DNA of 32,000 bases from Candidatus Saccharimonadota bacterium. Its GTDB lineage: Bacteria > Patescibacteriota > Saccharimonadia > Saccharimonadales > UBA4665. Below are positions 1 through 6,920 of the stretch, piece after piece. The DNA lies in the NCBI GenBank assembly GCA_016700375.1, contig CP065016.1, forward strand, positions 810,001-842,000, given 5' to 3'. Positions within the stretch are counted from its first letter, which is position 1. Each line of letters begins with the position of its first letter. A program made the position numbers and the translations under genes. Under the pieces are notes generated by a model. The model saw only the letters and a program-made list of their open reading frames with translations. It searched no databases and was not told where the DNA came from.

Positions 1-54
1 CGCATCCCGCTACAAGCGCGCCAAACATCGCAAATCGAAGAAACCGTTGCTTTA

Positions 55-354
55 TCACCCCAGCCCCCTTACCACGAGGGTAACTATAGAATAACCGGAG
101 AGCGCAATCGCAAGACCGATAACTGCATAAAGTATGCCTTTTTTTGCTTGTGCCATCTTTGCGGGATCACCAGAGGCCAATATATAGCGAAGTCCGCTAA
201 TAACGATGATGAGTAGCGCGACCGATCCAGATATGCCAAATACGATACGGAGTATTTCGGGAATAGATTCTTTCGCAATATCTCCTGTAGCACCACTGTT
301 TGGAAGGGGCGAATAATTTATATCTGCAGCAAGATGATAAAACAATTTCATCAT
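55..354 (-). CDS. Small two-TM pilin-like protein (VirB2/TrbC-type T4SS pilin hairpin)
   Basis: 99-aa ORF. Two hydrophobic helices (FGISGSVALLIIVISGL and ILYAVIGLAIALSGYSIVTLVV) flank a short charged loop, ASGDPAKMAQAKKG. This is the TM-loop-TM layout of VirB2/TrbC-like pilins. The start overlaps the stop of the upstream ORF (ATGA at 351-354), indicating translational coupling. Confidence 0.6.
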   Translation of the reverse strand: MMKLFYHLAADINYSPLPNSGATGDIAKESIPEILRIVFGISGSVALLIIVISGLRYILASGDPAKMAQAKKGILYAVIGLAIALSGYSIVTLVVRGLG

Positions 355-1178
355 TTCGAAAGCCTCCCCCCTACATAGGACACGACCGCTGCTGCCACTA
401 TAGCTATTACGAGCCCGACGAGCGCATTAATAATACTCTCACGACCTCTTTTTGTTTTCTCTGGCTCCCCCTGGCTCGTTGTAAGCAATATACCTCCAGC
501 TATAACAAACCCTACCGCAACGAGCCCGGCGATCCGTACTAGTGTGTCTGCAAGCGCTAACACTACGGGGAGCAAGTGACTTTTCGTTCCTGCATCATCA
601 CCCAACAGCTTAAAGTTTGTGACATCACACGTTTTTCCACCTCCGGGACCATCTGCAAACGCTTCAGCCGGGAGATAGGCGAACCAGGGCTTAAGCCCAA
701 GGAACGGTTTTGAACAACGAGAAGCAAGCGACCCCGTGCCGGCTGCAGGAGTAGATGTCTTATTAAGCGCACCCGGTGACATAAACTGTATGCCCGCAAA
801 CAGGAACATGAATACCACGAGGCTTAATAATGCTTTAGATATCTTAGATTTTGCGGCTGCGGCTTTTTGAGGGTCTCCTGCAGATGCCGAATACTGTATC
901 CCCCCCATAATAACCCCAGCAATAATAGCCACCCCAGCAACCATGCTGAACATTTTTATGGTTGGATTAACATACTTAGCAACAAAACAATCCTGCGTGT
1001 CTGAACTATGCCCGATTGGACAACACGTTCTCTGATGTCCCGCAAGGTTTGTTTGACCGGTTGGACATATTGCCGCGTCTCCTTCTGAGGCATATACCTT
1101 CCCTGATAGCGGCATAAGTGCAGCAATCCCGAATGCCAGACCAGCTGCTAGGATAATTAATTTTGTACGGATATTCAT
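351..1178 (-). CDS. Membrane protein with signal peptide and two tandem pilin-like hairpin modules
   Basis: 275-aa ORF with an N-terminal signal-like segment (MNIRTKLIILAAGLAFGIAALMPLSGKVYA). It contains two copies of the TM-[SA]xG[DE]PxK-TM module (SASAGDPQKAAAAKSKI and TSQGEPEKTKRGRESI), the same module as in ORF 55-354. There are 4 Cys after the signal peptide and 2 more in the inter-module linker. Confidence 0.55.
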   Translation of the reverse strand: MNIRTKLIILAAGLAFGIAALMPLSGKVYASEGDAAICPTGQTNLAGHQRTCCPIGHSSDTQDCFVAKYVNPTIKMFSMVAGVAIIAGVIMGGIQYSASAGDPQKAAAAKSKISKALLSLVVFMFLFAGIQFMSPGALNKTSTPAAGTGSLASRCSKPFLGLKPWFAYLPAEAFADGPGGGKTCDVTNFKLLGDDAGTKSHLLPVVLALADTLVRIAGLVAVGFVIAGGILLTTSQGEPEKTKRGRESIINALVGLVIAIVAAAVVSYVGGRLSK

Positions 1179-1323
1179 GCTTATGCACCACTATATAATG
1201 CGCGACAATATCCATCAAGACGTAACGCTATATGTGGCCAGCCAAAACATGCGGTTAGCCACCGACAATTTACAACGAACATACCCGATTAATCTAGAGG
1301 CGCCTTTCGCAAATCTGGTTTTT

Positions 1324-1347
1324 TCTGTGGTAGGTTTAATCTGTGGT
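1324..1347. repeat. 8-bp direct repeat TCTGTGGT x2 (1324-1331, 1340-1347) in the divergent pilin/T4SS intergenic region
   Basis: Read directly: ttTCTGTGGTaggtttaaTCTGTGGTgaac. AATCTG also occurs twice (1312-1317, 1338-1343). The repeat lies in the 380-bp spacer between the divergently transcribed units. Confidence 0.5.
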
Positions 1348-1545
1348 GAACTATGCCCGCCAAACGCTAGTATGATGTATAACTTATCCCGAGACGCCGC
1401 TGGAAGAAATTTTTATATATTTTTTCAATAAATCTATTCTCTGAAGCGTTCGTGTAATTGTTTTGTACTCTTACTATGACGCTCTCGGTAAGTACCAACA
1501 ATCGCGGGGGGTAAGCGCAGTCTTGTGAATACCTCCGAGCTAACG

Positions 1546-1551
1546 TATTAT
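1546..1551 (+). promoter_or_regulatory. -10-like hexamer TATTAT 7 nt upstream of the ATG at 1559 (possible leaderless start)
   Basis: The sequence reads cgTATTATttatagcATG. There is no purine-rich SD between the hexamer and the ATG. Confidence 0.3.
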
Positions 1552-1558
1552 TTATAGC

Positions 1559-4500
1559 ATGAGCAAAAAGAAGCGCACAGCGTCGCTTTTGGGGTTACTA
1601 CTGGTAGTATGTGCTTTTGTGCTATTGCCTACCGTACGGACTTACGCAGCTGTAAGCCCATCTTCTTACCCCGAGGATAAGGCCAAGGCGTTTTATTATG
1701 GATCCTGGTTAATTAACTGTTTTAGCAACGGCAAATACAGTATTGATATGAGTGGCGATGCCAGCGTTAATGCAATGAATGTCGGGCCAGGTGACAGCTT
1801 TGTGACGGGCCTAACGGGAGCCGATCCCAGAAAGTGTAATGATAAATCATTTGCTCTTGATGCTATCCGCCACCTAAATATACCCTGGGCTACGCCACAA
1901 GATACTTTAAACTTCTTGTGTGATATCGGAGCCAAACGGGTGAACGACGGCGAATGTAAATCACTAAGAAACGACTCACAGCTTGGACTCGACGCAAATG
2001 CCGAAACCGGAGAGAAAGTTAGAGCGATTATTAATAGCTCTGCTGGGTATGATGTTTTTGCAGCCTATAGCAACAGTAAGCTGCTGCAATACATCTACTA
2101 TGTAAACTTGGCTTTTCTAAAACAATGCAATGCGGGAGAGAATAATACATCCCTAGTCCTAGCCGAGGATATTACTGACATAGAGGTTCTGCGGAGCGAT
2201 GGAACCTTTGAAACTCAAAGGCGACAATACAACACGGGTTTATATGTTGCGTTTGATGACGAATTTAACGGCCATTGGAATTCGGATGATAAACCCTCGA
2301 AGACTTGTCCTAAAATCGTAGCAGCCGCAAACGAATTAGCCAAGAATCCCGCCGTAGCCCAGGAGTGGAAAAGCAGTTATATGCCCGGTACGGGCGACAG
2401 GCCGGGAACGTGTGAGGATAGGTACGCCGGAAGCACAGACGCATTAAAAGCCTGCCAAGATGGCTTCGCCAACAAAACAAACGCGACCTATTGTAGCGGA
2501 GCTTATCCAAAAATAGCATCTAGGCCAGACAGTTTTACCAACAACGAGGCGTGTCTATGGGGCCAAAGCGATAAAGCTATAGGAGCAACCGGGATTACGC
2601 CGACCCAAAACCCTACTGGATCAACTAACAATTCCGGCGCTGGTGATGCACCGACCAGTCTTTGCGGATTCGACGGCGATTCTATGGAGTGGATAGTTTG
2701 TCCAGTTGCTGCCGCGCTTGAGTCATTCTCGAAGTCTCTGGCAAGCAACATAGAAGGATTGATGTTTTTCCCAACCCAAGACGTTTTTGGTAAAACAGGA
2801 GCGGGCGGCGCTACCGACAACCTTCGTACTGCATGGGCGAGTTTTCGAAACATCGCGATAGCTATCATTGTTATTGCTGGCCTGGCGATGGTGATTAGCC
2901 AAGCGCTTGGTTTTGAGATCTTGGATGCATACACCATACGCAAGTTGTTGCCTCGTCTTGGCGTTGCACTGGTGGGAATCGCGCTTTCTTGGAACCTAAT
3001 GCAGTTCTTTATAGAGCTCACAAATGACCTCGGAAGCTGGACACATGACCTAGTTGTTGGCCCCTTTGCAAATATGCCCGTTGCTAAAATAGACACCACG
3101 AATACGGTCTATAACTGGGCAACTGTACTTGTGGCCATCGTTGTAGGGATACCAAAGCTATACTTTCTGGGCGGAGTTGGTGTTATTACCTTGCTGTTAA
3201 TTGTTGGCCTAATCATTTTTCTGGCCTTTATGCTCTTCGGCTTACGGTGGGTAGTAATTATGCTTTGCCTCCTTTTGGCGCCGTTAGCTATTGCTTCGTA
3301 TGTACTGCCTGGGACGCAGAAGGTATGGGCGTTCTGGAAAAATACCACCATTACTAGCCTGGCAATTTTCCCGGTGATTATGGGGTTACTCGCCTCCGGC
3401 GAGGCAATGGCACGAGTAACGAGTCAGATTGAAAACTTGCCGGGCGGTTACATATTGGTTGTGGTTATATTTGTCGGACCCATAGTACTCATAATTCCAA
3501 TTGCACAGAAATTCGGGGGAGTTCTTGGGGGAGCAATTGGTTGGGCAAGCGGACTTGGCAGCAAAGCTATGGGCAAGGGAAATAAGTTCTTGCATGAGAA
3601 TTCGGAATATCGGAAAGGCGAATATGCCACTGGCGCGAAAAGAGGCCCCGCGCTAGTCACTGGCTATGCACGACGTAGTGCTTTATCTCGTCAGGGGGGT
3701 TTCAGTCTTACTCGCTCTGGAAGACGTCAGTACAGGCAGGCAGAGAAAAAGCTCATTCAAGACGCAGCAGCCGAGCGAGCCGAAAAAGACAAAGGCTTTT
3801 CTCTGGGCGCGACCGACGCGACAATCCCGGCCATTTATGCAAATTCGCGTGGTGATTATTTGCGCGAATATGTTAATAGGAACAGAGCTGCTATGACAGC
3901 GGAAGGGCTCAGTGAAAATCAAATGCAACAGCGTGCTCGAATGCGCATGGGCCAGCTGGAAGCAGGGACTGGAACCGTTATGGGCAGCAGGGCAATGAAA
4001 GCAGCCGCATTCCGTGGTCAAACAATGGATGGTGCGGGGTGGTTCAATGAAGCCACGCACGAAACAGATTTCCAAGCCATAGCTGAGGCCTCCAATCACC
4101 TCATCAAACAAGGGATAATGAGCGACGAGGACATTGGTGGCGTATTGGGTCAAAACCAAGCACGCGCAGATTTTAGTGGTATGACATTCAGTCAGCGCGT
4201 CGGTATCGCCACTATGGGTGAGCGGGGGAATGGCGCCCTGACGGACGAACAACAAAATCTACTTCGTAGCCAATCCTACCAGAGCATGCGCAATAGTCAG
4301 GCCGAGCTCGGTAACTTGCGTACAGCCCGAAAGGTTGCGCGGGAAGGCGGCATGCGCCTCAACGCAACCCTTACTGACAATATGGCCGGTTTTGAAAGCG
4401 GGGGCAACCGACTGCTTACTGGCACCAACGACATGGACACGTTGGCCTCTGAGTTTGCAACTTTCGCAAACTTCCAAGACATGGCTTCAAGTGCTTCTAT

Positions 4501-4774
4501 AGACGCACGGGAACAGTTTGCGACACAGCTGAAACAACAATACTACGCAGAAGAGCTTTCAGACGGAATGCGCACAATACTCCAGCCACTCCTCACAGCG
4601 AGAGGGGGCACAGTATCAACACAGGAAATAATGGACTATTGTCGCGGCAATAGCGACGTAGCAGCAAGCCAAGAACTTATTGATTTATTCACGGCTCGTC
4701 GTCGCGAGTACTCAAGTGGTCGTATGCGTGATGCCGCCGGCAGGGCCGCTATGGTCGATGCGCCGGCTGCATAA
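1559..4774 (+). CDS. Giant polytopic membrane protein, VirB6/TrbL-like T4SS channel component
   Basis: 1071 aa with a signal peptide (MSKKKRTASLLGLLLVVCAFVLLPTVRTYA). An ectodomain of about 400 aa carries 12 Cys. A central block holds at least 5-6 long hydrophobic helices (residues about 430-660, e.g. VITLLLIVGLIIFLAFMLFGLRWVVIMLCLLLAPLAIASYVL). A R/Q/A-rich C-terminal tail of about 400 aa follows. It is the first gene of an operon containing PrgI-like and VirB4 genes. Confidence 0.55.
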   Translation: MSKKKRTASLLGLLLVVCAFVLLPTVRTYAAVSPSSYPEDKAKAFYYGSWLINCFSNGKYSIDMSGDASVNAMNVGPGDSFVTGLTGADPRKCNDKSFALDAIRHLNIPWATPQDTLNFLCDIGAKRVNDGECKSLRNDSQLGLDANAETGEKVRAIINSSAGYDVFAAYSNSKLLQYIYYVNLAFLKQCNAGENNTSLVLAEDITDIEVLRSDGTFETQRRQYNTGLYVAFDDEFNGHWNSDDKPSKTCPKIVAAANELAKNPAVAQEWKSSYMPGTGDRPGTCEDRYAGSTDALKACQDGFANKTNATYCSGAYPKIASRPDSFTNNEACLWGQSDKAIGATGITPTQNPTGSTNNSGAGDAPTSLCGFDGDSMEWIVCPVAAALESFSKSLASNIEGLMFFPTQDVFGKTGAGGATDNLRTAWASFRNIAIAIIVIAGLAMVISQALGFEILDAYTIRKLLPRLGVALVGIALSWNLMQFFIELTNDLGSWTHDLVVGPFANMPVAKIDTTNTVYNWATVLVAIVVGIPKLYFLGGVGVITLLLIVGLIIFLAFMLFGLRWVVIMLCLLLAPLAIASYVLPGTQKVWAFWKNTTITSLAIFPVIMGLLASGEAMARVTSQIENLPGGYILVVVIFVGPIVLIIPIAQKFGGVLGGAIGWASGLGSKAMGKGNKFLHENSEYRKGEYATGAKRGPALVTGYARRSALSRQGGFSLTRSGRRQYRQAEKKLIQDAAAERAEKDKGFSLGATDATIPAIYANSRGDYLREYVNRNRAAMTAEGLSENQMQQRARMRMGQLEAGTGTVMGSRAMKAAAFRGQTMDGAGWFNEATHETDFQAIAEASNHLIKQGIMSDEDIGGVLGQNQARADFSGMTFSQRVGIATMGERGNGALTDEQQNLLRSQSYQSMRNSQAELGNLRTARKVAREGGMRLNATLTDNMAGFESGGNRLLTGTNDMDTLASEFATFANFQDMASSASIDAREQFATQLKQQYYAEELSDGMRTILQPLLTARGGTVSTQEIMDYCRGNSDVAASQELIDLFTARRREYSSGRMRDAAGRAAMVDAPAA

Positions 4775-4808
4775 TAAGAGCGTCTGATAAACCAGAAGTG
4801 GCATCAGC

Positions 4809-4817
4809 TGCTATACT
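4809..4817 (+). promoter_or_regulatory. Extended -10 element TGCTATACT, 9 nt upstream of the ATG at 4827
   Basis: The sequence reads cagcTGCTATACTataaacagtATG. The same 11-mer, TGCTATACTAT, also occurs at 18798 and 18859. Confidence 0.4.
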
Positions 4818-4826
4818 ATAAACAGT

Positions 4827-5960
4827 ATGGCGACGTATAAGGTTTTACAGGATGTTGAGGCAGAGGACAAGCTTGTTGGGCCGTTGACTTTACGGCAGTT
4901 TATCTATGCCGCTATCTCGGCCTTCTTGCTATATCTTTCCTTTTTTGCACTTACAAAAAATGTGGGGTTTTTGCTGATATTTTTCGTTCCGCCCGCACTG
5001 TTTACTGGATTTCTGGCCATACCGTGGCACGGCGACCAGCCCACTGAGGTGTGGGCCATAGCAAAACTGCGCTTTATGTTAAAGCCTCGTAAGCGCATTT
5101 GGGACCAGAGTGGCGCAAAAGAACTAGTGACTATTACGGTGCCGAAGAAAATTGAACGAAGTCTAACAAATGGATTAAGTCAAATAGAGGTTAGGAGCCG
5201 CTTGCATGCTCTTGCCGATACAATCGATAGCCGAGGCTGGGCCGTAAAAAATGTGAATGTAAACCTATCAACGGGTCCGAGCTCTTATTCGACAGCGTCT
5301 GACCGCCTTGTTGATGCAATGTCCCTGCCTCAGGACGTAAGTGGCGTTGACGTACGCGCAACAGACGATATGCTCGACCCAAGCGCAAGTGTAGTAGCAC
5401 AGCATTTTGATTCCATGATTCAAAGCGCCGCTACCGCTCAAAGGCAACAGCTCCTGGAGCAAATGCAGTCCCCTACCGCTCAGTCCACCGCACAATCACC
5501 TCAGAATACCCCCCAGAATGACTATTGGTTTATGCACCAACCCACACCAGTTGCCGGACAGTCTACGTTCAACAATGCCGCCGTGGTTGCACCAGGCATG
5601 ACTACAGCAAGCGAGCCACCCGCTGTCGCTCAAGCGGTAGCTCCCACCGCAGAAGAAGAGGCTCTAATTGTCCAACTAAAAGCAACCAACGAGTCACATA
5701 GCACCGCAAATAATCACCTAAAGCACATCAAAACATCGGCGGAGCTTGCCGAAGAACAACGACTTTTCATGGCACAAAAGGCCGCAGAAGCGGCTGAAAA
5801 ACAGCGGGCCGAAAGACAAAAAGCACAAGTGACTTCAGAGAAGGAGGCTGCTATAATGAACCTAGCAAGAAACGACGATTTAGACGTTGCGACAATTGCT
5901 CGTCAGGCGAAGAAAGAAGTGCAGAGCAATGACGGCGAAGTTGTGATATCACTTCACTAG
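4827..5960 (+). CDS. PrgI-family (VirB3-like) T4SS membrane protein with a long low-complexity and coiled-coil C-terminal extension
   Basis: The N-terminus, MATYKVLQDVEAEDKLVGPLTLRQFIYAAISAFLLYLSFFAL, followed by a second TM, matches the PrgI/VirB3-like signature (acidic EDK..G.LT.RQ then a TM hairpin). The C-terminal half is Q/A/P-rich and then charged and helical (AELAEEQRLFMAQKAAEAAEKQRAERQKAQ). Confidence 0.6.
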   Translation: MATYKVLQDVEAEDKLVGPLTLRQFIYAAISAFLLYLSFFALTKNVGFLLIFFVPPALFTGFLAIPWHGDQPTEVWAIAKLRFMLKPRKRIWDQSGAKELVTITVPKKIERSLTNGLSQIEVRSRLHALADTIDSRGWAVKNVNVNLSTGPSSYSTASDRLVDAMSLPQDVSGVDVRATDDMLDPSASVVAQHFDSMIQSAATAQRQQLLEQMQSPTAQSTAQSPQNTPQNDYWFMHQPTPVAGQSTFNNAAVVAPGMTTASEPPAVAQAVAPTAEEEALIVQLKATNESHSTANNHLKHIKTSAELAEEQRLFMAQKAAEAAEKQRAERQKAQVTSEKEAAIMNLARNDDLDVATIARQAKKEVQSNDGEVVISLH

Positions 5961-5983
5961 ATATAAATGAGGCAATCGTAGGC

Positions 5984-6847
5984 ATGGACCCAAACCAGCA
6001 AACATACGCAGCTCAGATGCCACAACAGGGCATGCCGACACCCCCCTATACGCCCCAGCCACCCGCGCCTGGCCAAATGCCACCGCCAGGCCAACCGGCA
6101 GCCGGTGTCGCCCTAAAAAGTAACCCTAATAGCACCCAAAACACGTTACAGATAGCAGAGATTCGCGACGGCATAGTCATCATGAACAATGGCAGCTATC
6201 GGGCGGTGGTTATGGTCAAAAGCATCAACTTTGACCTCATGAGCCCCCAGGAGCAAGAAGCAACCGAATACGCCTACCAGGGGTTCTTGAACTCGTTGTA
6301 TTTCCCGATACAAATCTTCATACGCTCTCAGAAGGTAGATTTACAGCCGTACGTAGAAAAGCTTGATAAAATCCGCACCGAACACGATAACATGCTTCTC
6401 GCGCTTCTTATGGACGACTACATTGGCTACATAGACCAGCTGGCGCTCCAAACGAACATCATGGATAAGAAGTTTTATATCGCAGTTCCATATGAGCCCG
6501 CGGTAGGCCCAGACAAAGCGCTTACGCAAAGTAAAAACTTTTTCACTGGTTTTGTAGAACTCTTTAGCAAAAACGAGAATCATGTTGTTATTAACGAACC
6601 AGACCTTATGAAAGCAAAGGACGAGCTTAGGAATCGGGTTCAGGCCGTTCTTGGCGGGCTACAGCAGTGTGGCATTCAGGGCCTACCCCTAGACACCCAG
6701 GAGTTAATAGAGCTCTACTACGACACATACAACCCCGACACCGCCACCCGACAGCAACTGAAGAATTTCAACGATTTGACCGCAGAGGTTGTGCAAAAAG
6801 GTGAGGGCATGGCACCACAACAGCACCTACAAAGGGAGCTCGGGTGA
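5984..6847 (+). CDS. Hypothetical T4SS-associated protein; P/Q-rich N-terminus followed by a domain resembling the extreme N-terminal domain of long Gram-positive VirB4 ATPases
   Basis: 287 aa. The first ~45 aa are P/Q-rich. The segment IAEIRDGIVIMNNGSYRAVVMVKSINFDLMSPQEQEATEYAYQGFLNSLYFPIQIFIRSQ then follows the I..I.DGI...G.Y....iNf.L.s.Eq......FLN....Q pattern I recall from the N-termini of ~800-aa Firmicutes VirB4/TraE-type proteins. It has its own SD-like GAGG upstream. The functional call is inference. Confidence 0.45.
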   Translation: MDPNQQTYAAQMPQQGMPTPPYTPQPPAPGQMPPPGQPAAGVALKSNPNSTQNTLQIAEIRDGIVIMNNGSYRAVVMVKSINFDLMSPQEQEATEYAYQGFLNSLYFPIQIFIRSQKVDLQPYVEKLDKIRTEHDNMLLALLMDDYIGYIDQLALQTNIMDKKFYIAVPYEPAVGPDKALTQSKNFFTGFVELFSKNENHVVINEPDLMKAKDELRNRVQAVLGGLQQCGIQGLPLDTQELIELYYDTYNPDTATRQQLKNFNDLTAEVVQKGEGMAPQQHLQRELG

Positions 6848-6920
6848 TGCCATATCCTTTTTTGGTGCTTATTTCCTTGCCGAGATTATTGTTCTCTGAT
6901 GCAAGAGGAGCTTTTATCTA

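Noticed and set aside
1-28. Possible start of another minus-strand gene (ATG at 28, MFGALVAGC...) downstream of the pilin gene
   Set aside because: Only 9 codons are visible before the window edge, which is too little to support a call.
1177-1431. 84-aa plus-strand ORF (MLMHHYIMRDNIHQ...) in the divergent spacer, with one hydrophobic stretch
   Set aside because: It starts inside or overlapping the pilin-operon start codon and has no SD. I recognise no family in it, and it spans what looks like promoter/operator DNA. I cannot support it as a gene from sequence alone, though a small membrane protein is not excluded.
2503-4255. Long antisense ORFs inside the big genes (e.g. 2503-3099, 3683-4255, 7616-7975, 8339-8731, 10432-10908, 22003-22626)
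   Set aside because: All lie fully within stronger, motif-bearing ORFs on the opposite strand. Their low-complexity R/S/P-rich translations are typical of shadow frames in GC-rich coding DNA.
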